Counted from the first letter of the stretch, positions 50,795-61,085 are shown. The stretch is 64,000 nt of DNA from an uncultured Acidimicrobiaceae bacterium (GCA_963703655.1 CAVPFA010000006.1:446379-510378), one strand, 5' to 3'. The notes: generated from the sequence alone by a model not told the origin. Program-made: numbers and translations.

Positions 50795-51969
50795 GAACTG
50801 AGGTCGGCCGCGAAGGCAAGGATATTCTTCGCCGAATAGCGTTCGACGGCAAGGGCACGGCATTGTGCCGGCCATGAAGTCCGGTCCGAATCCCGCAGCT
50901 CCAGAAGCAGCTCACGGACTGCGTCAGGTCGGCCGTCATCAACAAGCCAGCCCGTCGGCGCTGATACGAGGGTGTCGGGAACGGACACGCCGGCGATCTG
51001 GCGCGCCCATACTGCTGACCGTCGCGGGATGACAGAAGGCACACCACACGCGAGTGCCTCGACTACAGGCTTTGCAACGTAAGTGTCGTCCGCCAGACCC
51101 CACAGTATGTCGGACTTGCGGTAGACTTCGGCTAGTCGCTCCTTGTCTGACACATAGCCCAGCTGGGAGACAGCTGCTTTCCTTGACAGATCTCTTATCA
51201 GTGATGCATATGGACCATCGCCAGCAAAGACAAACTCAATACCCGAGTCGGTCCCGCACAATTCGATCACGCTCAAGATGCCTGCGGCCTTCTCCTCATC
51301 TTGACGACCGACATAGAGGACGCGCAAATGTCCAGTCCTCGGCTCGGGAAGCGAGCCACTGAAATACACGTCATCGGCCCAGTGCTCAACGACCCGGATC
51401 TTCTCACGGTCAAGGATGCTCGACAGATCCTGGAGACTTCCGACCGAGTTCACGTATGCAGCGCTGATGCCCGCCAAGCATCGCCTAAGCGCGAGGAGTC
51501 GCGTCTCGGACATCATTCCCATGTAGGAGTGATAGGCAAGAATGACCTTCGCTCCCGCGACCTTTGCGTAGGGCAGCGCCGCTACGCTGAGCAGAACTCC
51601 ATTGACAACTATCGTCTTCGGTCGTCGAGTCACGAGAACAATATACAAGGCGGCGATTAGGGGCAAGTTATAGACAACAAGTACCGCAGGATGCCGGCTC
51701 ATCCAAAACCCGAACCGTTCATAAGAGAAGAACGGCAAGGTAATCTTCCGCACGCCCTCGAGATGGACGTCAGTGGCGGCGCCATACGCCAGGACATCGA
51801 CCCGCCCTCGGATGCGCGATGCACTGATGGCTTCCTCAATCCATCGCCAGCTTCCACCGCGAATAGAAGGTGACACGACAAGAATACGGTTCCCTATCCT
51901 TCGTTGTCCCCCGCCCGCATCCTCTGGACCCGTTACTGCTCCCTCCACCGGCCGCAGTCCGACCTTCAC
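50791..51969 (-). CDS. GT4-like glycosyltransferase
   Basis: LYVGRQDEEK, FAGDGP, KPVVEALACGVP. Confidence 0.75.
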   Translation of the reverse strand: MKVGLRPVEGAVTGPEDAGGGQRRIGNRILVVSPSIRGGSWRWIEEAISASRIRGRVDVLAYGAATDVHLEGVRKITLPFFSYERFGFWMSRHPAVLVVYNLPLIAALYIVLVTRRPKTIVVNGVLLSVAALPYAKVAGAKVILAYHSYMGMMSETRLLALRRCLAGISAAYVNSVGSLQDLSSILDREKIRVVEHWADDVYFSGSLPEPRTGHLRVLYVGRQDEEKAAGILSVIELCGTDSGIEFVFAGDGPYASLIRDLSRKAAVSQLGYVSDKERLAEVYRKSDILWGLADDTYVAKPVVEALACGVPSVIPRRSAVWARQIAGVSVPDTLVSAPTGWLVDDGRPDAVRELLLELRDSDRTSWPAQCRALAVERYSAKNILAFAADLSS

Positions 51970-53099
51970 CCTGGTGCCCGCGATGATCTCCGAGACAGCC
52001 CTCCGACGAACTCGACGATTGCTTGTACGATCTTCTCAGCCGCATTCCCGTCACCGAAGGGATTGGAGAAGTCCGCGTTCTCCGAAGTGAGCAGCGCGCT
52101 GCGCACCGCCCCCGGGAGGTCGGTCGGCTCCGGTGCGAGGACGTTGGCTCCCTGCTCAACCGTCTCCGGCCACGCGGTCGCTACTTGAACCGTTACACAG
52201 GGCACTCGCATCCAAAGGGCCTCCTTTTGGAGTCCCCCTGAGTCAGTCACGCAGAGCCGTGCGGAACGGAGTGCCTCGAGCAGCTCACGGTACCCCAGGG
52301 GCGGCAATATCTGGAAGCTCCCTGGCACTCTGCCTTGGAGCCTCGCCGCTGTGCGAGGGTGAACTGGGAAGATCCAACGAAAAGCGTGCTCGTTGGCTAC
52401 CGCATCCAATGCTTCCAGAAAGCCGAACAATCTGGTTGAGCAATCGACGTTCTCGGCACGGTGCATCGTCACGAGGCCGGTCATGGCACCAGCTTGCGGC
52501 CTGCGCGCAAGCCGAGTGACGGTTCTCGTGAACACGTCGTACTGAGGGTCTCCTGTCTCGACAATGTGACCGGTCACGTGCTCTTCGAGTAGGTTTTCGG
52601 CGCCGCGCCTCGACATCGTCAAAAGCAACCCTGACACGTGATCAATGATGCGCCGATTATTTTCCTCGGGAGATCTCATGTCGGCGGATCGACAGCCGGC
52701 CTCGATATGAATGATAGGAACGTTGCATTTCAGAGCAGCTATAGCAGCGCCCAGGGACGAGTTGGTGTCTCCGAAGACACACACAGCATCAACATCATTC
52801 GCAATCAATACTTTGGCGAACCGAGCGATTACTTCCGCCGTTTGCTCTGCGGGCGCCCAGGAGCCCACCTTCAGATTGAAGTCCGGGGATGCGACCTTCA
52901 ACTCTTGGAAGAAGGCGTCCATCATCGAGTGATCGTAGTGTTGACCCGTGTTGACAACGGTTGTCCGAACCTCGCTGGTCCTCCCAAGCAGGTCCAGCGT
53001 GCGGGCGGAGCGGATGATCTCCGGGCGGGTCCCCAGGACGTAGACGAGCCGGGGTGGCAAACCTTGGTCCCGCCTCACGATCCTTCCGTCCTGGTCCAA
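51966..53099 (-). CDS. wecB: Non-hydrolysing UDP-GlcNAc-type 2-epimerase (WecB/WbpI)
   Basis: GTRPEII, NTGQHYD, GDTNS, HIEAG, PEENNR, TDSGGLQKEA. Confidence 0.9.
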   Translation of the reverse strand: MDQDGRIVRRDQGLPPRLVYVLGTRPEIIRSARTLDLLGRTSEVRTTVVNTGQHYDHSMMDAFFQELKVASPDFNLKVGSWAPAEQTAEVIARFAKVLIANDVDAVCVFGDTNSSLGAAIAALKCNVPIIHIEAGCRSADMRSPEENNRRIIDHVSGLLLTMSRRGAENLLEEHVTGHIVETGDPQYDVFTRTVTRLARRPQAGAMTGLVTMHRAENVDCSTRLFGFLEALDAVANEHAFRWIFPVHPRTAARLQGRVPGSFQILPPLGYRELLEALRSARLCVTDSGGLQKEALWMRVPCVTVQVATAWPETVEQGANVLAPEPTDLPGAVRSALLTSENADFSNPFGDGNAAEKIVQAIVEFVGGLSRRSSRAPG

Positions 53100-53237
53100 C
53101 GCTCAACAGCGAAGAGCAACGACTTGTCCTCCTCGGGTTCAAATCTCAGGGCTCGCCAGCGCCGATCAACTGCTCGTCGCAGCAGCTGGTGTCGGCAAGA
53201 CTACTCTCCCAGCTGCGAGACCCTTGGCTATGCGTGT

Positions 53238-54348
53238 TCATCCCTGCCAGCCCTCAGCGCCCACGGTGGCGATGGCGTCTTCGAGAATCTGGATCTGTTC
53301 GTCGCTCAGTCCCGGATGGACTGGCAGCGAAATGACACGGTCGCGTGCGGCGGCCGCGTTTGGCAGCTCCTCCGGCACGACCAAAGGGAGCTCTGCCAAG
53401 GTATAGGGGTAGTGGATCCGGCTGTCGACGCCGAGCGAGTGCAGGCGGTCGGCGGTGCGGTCTCGGCCTTCGCGGTCGGGTGCGAGCACCGTGAACTGGT
53501 GTACGACGTGGGTCCCATCTGCTGGCACGACGGGGACGATCGAGCTGGGCCAGCTGTCCGCGCAGGCCGCTGCCAGAAGGGCTGCGTTCTCAAGGCGCCG
53601 GGTGTTGCCGGCTGCCAGACGCTCCAACCGCACGCGGGCGAGAGCGGCCGACATCTCGGGCAGCCGATGGTTGAGACCGACGATCTCGTGGACATAGGCG
53701 GTCTCGCACCCGTGGTTGCGCAGAAGGCGCAGCTGGCGGGCTACCTTTTCGTCGGGCGCCGTCAGGATGCCACCCTCTCCGGCGGCGACATTCTTCGTCG
53801 CATACAAGGAGAACGCCGTGAATGCGGCCCGGCGTCCGAGCGGCTCGCCAGACTCCGTGAGGGCGCCGTGTGCCTGACAGGCGTCCTCGATGACGGTCAG
53901 CCCGGCACCCTTGGCGATCTCGACGCAACGGTCCGTCCCTGCCGTAGACCCGTATAGGTCGACCACGACCAGACAGCTCGCGTCCGGGTGGCGCTCGAGC
54001 GTGGCCGTCAGGCTCTCAGGGCTGATGTTGAAAGTGGCGAGGTCGATGTCGACGGGTACCACCTCGGCCCCGAGGGCGAGGAACGCGTTCGCTGTCGCCG
54101 CGAAGGAGAAACCCGACGCCAGCACCTTGGCACCTGGTCCCAATCCGGCCGCCCTGCCGGCCATGTATCAGCGCGTCGGTGCCCGACGAGACGGCGATAG
54201 CGGGCACGCCGCCGCACAATTCGGAGAACTCCTCCTCGAGTCGCAGCGCTCCGCTGCCGTTGGCAAGCGACCCCGACCGCAGCACGGCGGCCACCGCCTC
54301 GATCTCGGCCTCGTCGGCCGCTGGGGCGGCGCTCGGGACGCGCATCAT
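53238..54348 (-). CDS. wbpE: DegT/DnrJ/EryC1/StrS aminotransferase (WbpE/WlbC-like), frameshift near 54165
   Basis: AVSSGTDAL in ORF 54016..54348; IEDACQAHG and FSLYATKNVAAGEGG in ORF 53238..54164. Confidence 0.8.
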
Positions 54349-55322
54349 CCGGCGCGGCCGGACCCGATTGCCGACATCGCCCGCGCCTCCTCGGCCAAAC
54401 GGACGGCGAGCAGTCCCGCGGCCCCGTCGGCAAGTACGCCCGCTCCCGTGCCGCGCACGGCGGCCAGAAACCCTTCCAACTCCCCCACTAGCGGCTCCCT
54501 TCCAGTCACCTCGAGGCGCGTCCGGCGGAGTTCGCCATAACTCGACTGGAACCGGCTGAACGACTCGACGCTCTGCTCGTCGATCGCTTCCACGACCTCG
54601 ACCGCCTGCGTCGTGTAGTTCACCTCCACGAGGCAGGTGTCGGTAGTGATGGAGAATTCACGGATGCGGGTCGGAGTCCGCCAGTTGACTTGTAAGGAGG
54701 CGCTCACGTCGCCAGCGTTGAGCAGCAGCTGGGCTGCCTCTGCAAATCCGGACCCAGGCCACACGCTCGCGCCCCGCAGAACCGGCGCAGTACCGAGCAG
54801 CATCGCGAGCACGTCGAGGTCGTGGACGGCGAGGTCCGAAAGAACGTCGGCATCGGGCGTGGAGCGTGGTGGGAGACCGACGCGCCGGAACGAGAGCGAG
54901 ATCGGCTGCCCAAGGCTTCCGTCATCGAGCAGCCGCCGCACGGCCTCGACGGCGGGGTTGAAACGTTCCACATGGCCGACCGCCAGTACTCTGCCATCGC
55001 TCGCCGCTGCCCGGACCAAAGAGGCGGCCTCGCTTGTGGTTGCGGCGAGCGGTTTCTCGACGAGGACAGGAACGCCCGCAGACAAGAGCACCATGGCGAT
55101 CTCGCGATGTGTCGTCGTCGGGGTCGCCACCACCACTGCGTCGGGAAGGTCCCTTTCGAGGGCGGAGCGCCAGTCCGCGAAATGCGCATGCTGACCGTGA
55201 GCGTTCGCAATCGCAGGGTCGGCGGTCCAGGCGACGGCTGCACCCGCCAATCCGGTAATGACCCGCGCGTGGCGCTCGCCCATGCGACCGAGCCCGATGA
55301 TGCCGATCCTCGTCGTGCTCAC
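54345..55322 (-). CDS. wbpB: Gfo/Idh/MocA oxidoreductase (WbpB/WlbA-like)
   Basis: GLGRMG, VLVEKP, VGHVERFNPAV, DLAVHDLD. Confidence 0.8.
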   Translation of the reverse strand: MSTTRIGIIGLGRMGERHARVITGLAGAAVAWTADPAIANAHGQHAHFADWRSALERDLPDAVVVATPTTTHREIAMVLLSAGVPVLVEKPLAATTSEAASLVRAAASDGRVLAVGHVERFNPAVEAVRRLLDDGSLGQPISLSFRRVGLPPRSTPDADVLSDLAVHDLDVLAMLLGTAPVLRGASVWPGSGFAEAAQLLLNAGDVSASLQVNWRTPTRIREFSITTDTCLVEVNYTTQAVEVVEAIDEQSVESFSRFQSSYGELRRTRLEVTGREPLVGELEGFLAAVRGTGAGVLADGAAGLLAVRLAEEARAMSAIGSGRAG

Positions 55323-55915
55323 GGCTCCCCCCGCGCGACGAGTCGGTCACCGTCGAGCGCGTAAGCCGATCCGCAGGTTGAGCACGACGCCGGCGGCTCC
55401 ACGCGCCTCGCACACCGACACACCCACCCGACCTGGCGCGCGGGCACGCCGGCGACGAGCGCGAACGCGGCGACGTCGCGGCTCACCACGGCGCCGGCCG
55501 CCACGAGCGCCCACTCGCCAATTCCTACACCTGGAAGGACTACGCTGCCGGCGCCGATCGAGGCACCGTCGGCCACCGAGACCCCCTCGAGGCCCCAGTC
55601 GGTGGCGGTCTTGAGAGAGCCATCGGGTGCCACCGCACGTGGGTGGCGATCATTGGTGAGCAGCGCCCCGGGGCCGACGAAGACACCTGCCCCGACACGT
55701 GAGCCCTCGAAGAGCTGGGCCAGATCCTCGATCTTGCAGTTGGGGCCAATGGAGACGCCTTCGCCCACATAGACCCACCCTCCGATACGGGTGCCGGCAC
55801 CGACGGTGGCACCGGAGCGAATCTTCGTCCACTGCCACACGACGACACCGTCACCGAGGTGCGCCCCTTCCTCGATGACTGCGTGGACGTCGGACCAGCT
55901 TGGCTGTTCGCTCAT
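55319..55915 (-). CDS. wbpD: Hexapeptide-repeat N-acetyltransferase (WbpD/WlbB-like)
   Basis: Left-handed beta-helix repeats, VFVGPGALLTND, GVPARQVGWVCRC...C..C. Confidence 0.82.
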   Translation of the reverse strand: MSEQPSWSDVHAVIEEGAHLGDGVVVWQWTKIRSGATVGAGTRIGGWVYVGEGVSIGPNCKIEDLAQLFEGSRVGAGVFVGPGALLTNDRHPRAVAPDGSLKTATDWGLEGVSVADGASIGAGSVVLPGVGIGEWALVAAGAVVSRDVAAFALVAGVPARQVGWVCRCARRVEPPASCSTCGSAYALDGDRLVARGEP

Positions 55916-56264
55916 CGCCGCCCCGGCCCCGCGCCGAGCTTCGACACGATGGCTGGCATGACCGCCCGTTCGGCCCTCGTCAGCGTCACGATCTTCGAGT
56001 CGTCCGAGGGCTATCCGGTATCGCTTGCATGTCCAAGATCACCTTCCCTGTGGGAACTGCACCAAAATAAGTCATGCCTCTGACGCGAGCGCGCGGTACG
56101 CATGTTCTCATGCCGAACCTCTCGGGCGCGCCAAGCTCGTCACCCCTGGCCTCCATCAGACGGGCATCGGGTTCAGCACCGAGACACGCTTTGCTCGTCA
56201 CCTGGGAGGGAGCGGCCCACGTCCGGCACGATCTGGACGTCCGGGTGGCCTATATTCGAGAAGA

Positions 56265-57599
56265 ATGATTCATGAGGTGACCACTGACCCATCCGAGGTA
56301 ACGGGGGCGGAGCTTCTTGCGGAAGGTTGTGGCTCCGAACGGATGGTGTCGTATGCGCAGAACGCGGAGGACGTCGTCCTGCATCGGGCGCTGTGCAGTG
56401 GCGGCCCTGGCCGATATGTCGACGTCGGGGCATCTTCTCCCGACGTGGGCTCGGTAACGAAGCACTTCTACGACCTCGGCTGGAGCGGCATCGACGTCGA
56501 GCCTCTCGCGGAAGAGGCTGCTGAGCTTCGCCGGGCGCGGCCGCGCGACGTCGTGGTCGAGGCGGCGCTAGGAGCCGCCGCCGGCGAGATCACCATCTAC
56601 GTGGTCGATGACGAACGCGGCCTCTCGAGCACCGACGTAGAAGTCGGTACCGGCTACAGCCGAGCTGGCCGCCCGGTGCGGGAACGGGTGGTCGCGCTGC
56701 GCACGCTGGCAGACGTCCTCGACGAGCACTGCGACGGGGATATCGCGTTCCTGAAGGTCGACGTGGAGGGCGCGGAGGCCGAAGTGCTGTCGGGGAACGA
56801 CTGGACCCGTTGGCGTCCGAGGGTGGTCGTCGTGGAGGCGACGAAGCCGTGGTCGCACCACCAGACGCACACGAGCTGGGAGCCGCAGCTTTTGGCAGCC
56901 GGATACCTCTTCGCCTCGTTCGACGGACTCAACCGCTACTACGCGCGCGCCGAGGAGCCCGATCTCGTGCCGCTGCTGTCGCCGGCGAGTGAGCTGGACA
57001 ACTTCGTATCGGAGAACACCCTTGATGTCGAGAGATACGTTCGTCATCTCGAAGCCGAGTTAGAACGGAAGCAGGAATTAGAGCAGAAGCAGGAAGTGTA
57101 TGCGGCGCACCTCGAGGCTCGTGTCAACGGCTATGACGAGGAATTGGTGCGAAAAGGCGAGGAATTAGCGCGAAGGGACGAGGAATTAGCGCGAAAGCAG
57201 GACTATATCGAATCAGTTGCCCTGCAGTTCCGCGCTGCCGAGGAGGAGATCGCGCGGAGGGGCGAGCACATGCAGGGCTTGGGGGAATACACGGCACAGC
57301 TCGAGTCCGCCGTCAAAGATCGCGACGTACTGGTTCGGCAAGTGGAAGCACAGCGCGATTCCGTGCGGACTGACCTGGAACAGGTATACCCTCGACTCGT
57401 AGAGGTATCAGCTCGACTGGAAGAGGTGTCAGGTCGACTGGCACATGCGTCGGCGCGACTCTCCGAGAAAGAGGCCGTTCTCTCCCACACAGAGGCCGTT
57501 CTCTCCGAGACAGAGGCGCTTCTCTCCGCGGTTCTGAATCGGAAGAGCTACCGGTTCGTCTCCGGTGTGATCGACCGGCTGCCTGTGCGGCGGAGCTGA
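56265..57599 (+). CDS. FkbM family methyltransferase with a long C-terminal coiled coil
   Basis: SYAQNAEDV, YVDVGA, FLKVDVEGAE, FDGLNRYY; heptad-rich C-terminus. Confidence 0.9.
   Translation: MIHEVTTDPSEVTGAELLAEGCGSERMVSYAQNAEDVVLHRALCSGGPGRYVDVGASSPDVGSVTKHFYDLGWSGIDVEPLAEEAAELRRARPRDVVVEAALGAAAGEITIYVVDDERGLSSTDVEVGTGYSRAGRPVRERVVALRTLADVLDEHCDGDIAFLKVDVEGAEAEVLSGNDWTRWRPRVVVVEATKPWSHHQTHTSWEPQLLAAGYLFASFDGLNRYYARAEEPDLVPLLSPASELDNFVSENTLDVERYVRHLEAELERKQELEQKQEVYAAHLEARVNGYDEELVRKGEELARRDEELARKQDYIESVALQFRAAEEEIARRGEHMQGLGEYTAQLESAVKDRDVLVRQVEAQRDSVRTDLEQVYPRLVEVSARLEEVSGRLAHASARLSEKEAVLSHTEAVLSETEALLSAVLNRKSYRFVSGVIDRLPVRRS
57135..57533 (+). repeat. Three blocks of 21-bp (heptad) tandem repeats inside the FkbM coiled coil
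   Basis: 57135-57197 (DEELVRK/GEELARR/DEELARK), 57381-57443 (QVYPRLV/EVSARLE/EVSGRLA), 57471-57533 (EAVLSHT/EAVLSET/EALLSAV). Confidence 0.8.
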
Positions 57600-57658
57600 T
57601 CCTTTCGCCGTCTCACGGGGTTTGCGAAGGCTTGAGATCGCGAGGAGTCTCGGCTTGG

Positions 57659-58459
57659 TCAGCCAGTGCCGAGCGTTCGCTCCAGCATCCCGCCGTCGAT
57701 CGGCAGCGCAATTCCGGTGATCATGGAAGCGAGACTCGAGCACAAGAACAGAATTGCATCGGAGATCTCGTCAGCGGCCACGGGCCGTTCAATGAGCTGA
57801 TCGGGACCCCACAAGGCAATCGCCTCCTCTCTGGTCAAACCGGCTTGCTGCACTTGTGCGTCGAACATCGGGGTGTCGACCCAGCCAGGGCAGACAGCGT
57901 TTACACGCACCCCGTCGAATGCCAGCTCGTTGGCGAGGGTGCGCATGAGACCGATCGCGCGGTGCTTCGAAGCGTTGTATGCAGCAGCGTTCGCGTAGCC
58001 ACGAAGGCCCGAAATAGAAGAGACGATGACGATCGACCCGCCGCGACCGCGCAGCTGCGGGATAGCCGCCTTCGCTGTGTGGAAGACGCCCGTCAGGTTG
58101 ACGTCGATCACACGGCGCCACTCGTTGGGGTCGATCTCGTCGAGGAGATCGTCGGGTCCGAGCACGCCCGCATTCGCTATCACGACGTCAACTGGACCAA
58201 GCAGGTCGCGCACCTCATCGGCTCCGCGTTGTACCGAGTCCCAGTCCGCGACGTCGACCTCGAAAGCGACGGCCGTCGTTGATGCACTCGAGATCTCTGC
58301 CGCGAGCGCTTTCGCGCCAGGAAGGTCGATGTCGAGACACGCGACTGTGGCTCCCGCGGCGGCAAAGCGCCGCGCGTGCGTGGCGCCCATGCCGCTAGCC
58401 GCGCCCGTGATCCAGACGATCCTGCCGGCGAAGTCGAAGCCAGGAACGGCCCTCGTCAT
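57659..58459 (-). CDS. SDR family oxidoreductase
   Basis: TGAASGMG, ANAG, YNASK, VNAVCPGWVDTPM. Confidence 0.9.
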   Translation of the reverse strand: MTRAVPGFDFAGRIVWITGAASGMGATHARRFAAAGATVACLDIDLPGAKALAAEISSASTTAVAFEVDVADWDSVQRGADEVRDLLGPVDVVIANAGVLGPDDLLDEIDPNEWRRVIDVNLTGVFHTAKAAIPQLRGRGGSIVIVSSISGLRGYANAAAYNASKHRAIGLMRTLANELAFDGVRVNAVCPGWVDTPMFDAQVQQAGLTREEAIALWGPDQLIERPVAADEISDAILFLCSSLASMITGIALPIDGGMLERTLGTG

Positions 58460-59244
58460 GACCTGATGCTCATCCCTCCGTCGACGACAAGCGCCGTGCC
58501 GGTTACGAACGTGGATTCGTCCGAGGCCAAGAACAGTACGCAGTCGGCTACTTCTCGGGCGGTCCCGAGCCTTCCGAGGGGCGCCTCGGCGGCGTATGCG
58601 GCGCGCAACTCTTCGGGCTTTGAGGCGCTGGCGATGAACGCGTCTGTCAACGGAGTATCGATATTGCCGGGGCACAAGCAGTTCGCCCTTCCTCGACGAG
58701 GTGCCAGCTCCAGCGCCAAAGCGCGGCGTGAACTGAAGGAGGCCGCCCTTCGACGCGACGTACGCGCTCGCTCCTTGCCGTGGCGCGAGGAATTCACCGA
58801 TCCGATCGTGACGACCGAGGCCGAGTCGGCGAAGAACGGCCAGCAGGCACGGACTACGTTAAAGGCGCCGGTGAGGTTGACTTCGAGCACTCGGTGCCAG
58901 TCAGCACTGCTCGTGTCATGAATGCTCGGCTCCGTGATGAGCTCGATACCAGCATTTGAAACGAGCACGTCGATCGGCCCGACCTCCTGATGGGCGTCCC
59001 GCGCGACTCGAGCCACGGCGTCTTCGTCCACAACGTCGAGCTCGAAACCGAGCGGCGTAGTGCCGCTGGCCGCTCCGACCTCTTCGCACACCTTGGCCAC
59101 GGCAGCTGCTCGGCGCGATGTCGCAACCACCCGGGCGCCTTCCTCAGCCAGGCGGAGCGTGATCGCGCGACCGATGCCGCTCCCCGCGCCCGTCACGAAG
59201 GCGGCTTTCCCCGACAGCCGCCCCCGGTCTCCTCGCCGGGTCAT
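58456..59244 (-). CDS. SDR family oxidoreductase (compensating indels near 58720-58790)
   Basis: TGAGSGIG, SNAG, LCPGNIDTP; the catalytic YxxxK (AYVASKGG) is read in an alternative frame. Confidence 0.8.
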   Translation of the reverse strand: MTRRGDRGRLSGKAAFVTGAGSGIGRAITLRLAEEGARVVATSRRAAAVAKVCEEVGAASGTTPLGFELDVVDEDAVARVARDAHQEVGPIDVLVSNAGIELITEPSIHDTSSADWHRVLEVNLTGAFNVVRACWPFFADSASVVTIGSVNSSRHGKERARTSRRRAASFSSRRALALELAPRRGRANCLCPGNIDTPLTDAFIASASKPEELRAAYAAEAPLGRLGTAREVADCVLFLASDESTFVTGTALVVDGGMSIRS

Positions 59245-59340
59245 GTCGCCGGGCCATTCCGATAGATCCCACACGGCACGGTCCCCGCGTCCGACCCGAG
59301 GAAGGGGCTTCGCATCGCTATTGACACTACGAGAAGATAA

Positions 59341-59396
59341 TTGACAGCGCTCGGACACCCCTATACGGTTCCCGATATGAACGGTGGGTTCATATC
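59341..59396 (+). promoter_or_regulatory. Sigma70 promoter plus inverted-repeat operator upstream of iclR
   Basis: TTGACA-N17-TACGGT (59341-59369), then GATATGAAC-N5-GTTCATATC (59374-59396). Confidence 0.6.
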
Positions 59397-59404
59397 TTGA
59401 AATC

Positions 59405-60232
59405 GTGACGCCGGCAGAAGCGGACTCAGACGGACTATTGCCCGTTGCCGCTGGGCGGATCCAGTCGGTTGCTCGCGCCGCCCGTTTGCTGATGCTGGTG
59501 GCGGGTGGCCGCACGGAGCCCACGGCGAAGGCCCTCGCGCGAAGCGCTGGTCTGCCGGTACCGACCGCGCACCACCTCCTCAGCACGCTTGTCGATGAAG
59601 GCCTTCTCGCGAAGGACTCGAAGGCTAGATATCTGCTGGGCGTGAAAGTCGCGGTATTGGCCGACGCTCTGCAACGGGCGATGACCCCTCCGGAATACCT
59701 GCTCGAGCCGCTCAGTCAACTGGCGGTGACCACAGGCGAGACCGCTTACCTTGCGACTTGGCACCAAGGCGATATCCGGGTCCAAGCATCCGTCGAGGGC
59801 ACCCATCCCGTCCGGGTTTCCTTGCCGCTGGGTCCGTATACCGACGCGCATGCTCGAGCGAGCGGCAAGGTGTTCCTGGCGCTGGTCAGCCATGAGCTGC
59901 GGAGTGCTTACCTGACCTCCCATCCCCCGCGGCAAGTGACGCCTCGTACCACGGTCGACCCCGCGCGGCTCGACGAGGAGTTCGAAGCAATCCGCCTGAA
60001 TGGCTACGCAATCGATGAGGAGCAATTCCAGCCTGGCGTGTGCTGCGCCGCAGCTCCGGTGATCGAGGAAGGATTTGTTGTCGCCACGTACTCGATCTCG
60101 GTCCCGACCCAACGGTTCAACGAAAAGCGGCCCTGGCTCGTTGACGCGGTCACCGCGGTCGCCAAATCCGCCAGTTCCCAGGCGCAGTGTCATTCCAGGA
60201 CTGAGCCAGTCGCGACCAGGGTGATGCCTTGA
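59405..60232 (+). CDS. IclR family transcriptional regulator
   Basis: IQSVARAARLL HTH, HARASGKVFLA, GYAIDEEQFQPGVCC. Confidence 0.9.
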   Translation: MTPAEADSDGLLPVAAGRIQSVARAARLLMLVAGGRTEPTAKALARSAGLPVPTAHHLLSTLVDEGLLAKDSKARYLLGVKVAVLADALQRAMTPPEYLLEPLSQLAVTTGETAYLATWHQGDIRVQASVEGTHPVRVSLPLGPYTDAHARASGKVFLALVSHELRSAYLTSHPPRQVTPRTTVDPARLDEEFEAIRLNGYAIDEEQFQPGVCCAAAPVIEEGFVVATYSISVPTQRFNEKRPWLVDAVTAVAKSASSQAQCHSRTEPVATRVMP

Positions 60233-61075
60233 CCCGCTTCGAGGGCAAAGTCGCTCTTGTCACGGGAGCCAGCAGCGGGATCGGTCTCGCGGTTGCTCGC
60301 CGCCTCTCCGCGGAGGGAGCGAGGCTCGTAATCACCGCGGTCGACCGCGACGCCAACGACCTCGCACGTGCGGCGGCCGGTCTCGCGGCCGACGGCGCGA
60401 TGGTGCAAGCCCTGGAGGCCGACGTGGCCGATGCCGGCGCTGCCGAACGTGCAGTCGAGCTTGTTCTCTCCACCTACGGATCACTCGATGTGCTCGTCAA
60501 CAACGCCGGCACCGCCTACTTCGAGGAAGCCCTCGCCACACCCGTCGAGCACCTCGACCGCGTCCTGGCGGTCAACGTTCGAGGGCGCGTTCTCGACCTC
60601 TATGGCGGCGGCAAGAGCGATGGGTAGCTCCGGCGGGGCCATAGTCAATACGCTCTCCACCGCTGCGTATATGGGCGAGGAATTCCAGGTGACCTATAAC
60701 GTCTCGAAAGGCGGGTTGATGGCCCTCACTCGGTCTTTGGCCATTGATCTCGCACCCCTGAGGATCCGTGTCAACGGCGTCGCCCCCGGTTGGGTAGCCA
60801 CTCGGGCCACTAAGCGGATTATCTCCGACCCTGCCCTGTGGTCCAAACACCGTTCGCGTATTCCGCTCGATCGTCCTGCCGAGCCCGACGAGGTCGCCGC
60901 GGTTCACGCCTTCTTGGCGTCAGACGACGCGTCGTATGTGACGGGAGCCGTCTTCGTTTGCGACGGCGGAATGACTGCTGGCTTCCGCTTCTCGGGATGG
61001 ACCGCGGCCGAGCCTCCGGAGGAGGGACTGGCAGTCGGGCGCCCCGACCTTCCGACCGATCTTCGCTACAGCTGA
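60229..61075 (+). CDS. SDR family oxidoreductase (frameshift near 60590)
   Basis: TGASSGIG and NNAG in ORF 60229..60627; YNVSKGG and VNGVAPG in ORF 60368..61075. Confidence 0.85.
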
Positions 61076-61085
61076 CCAAGGAGGA

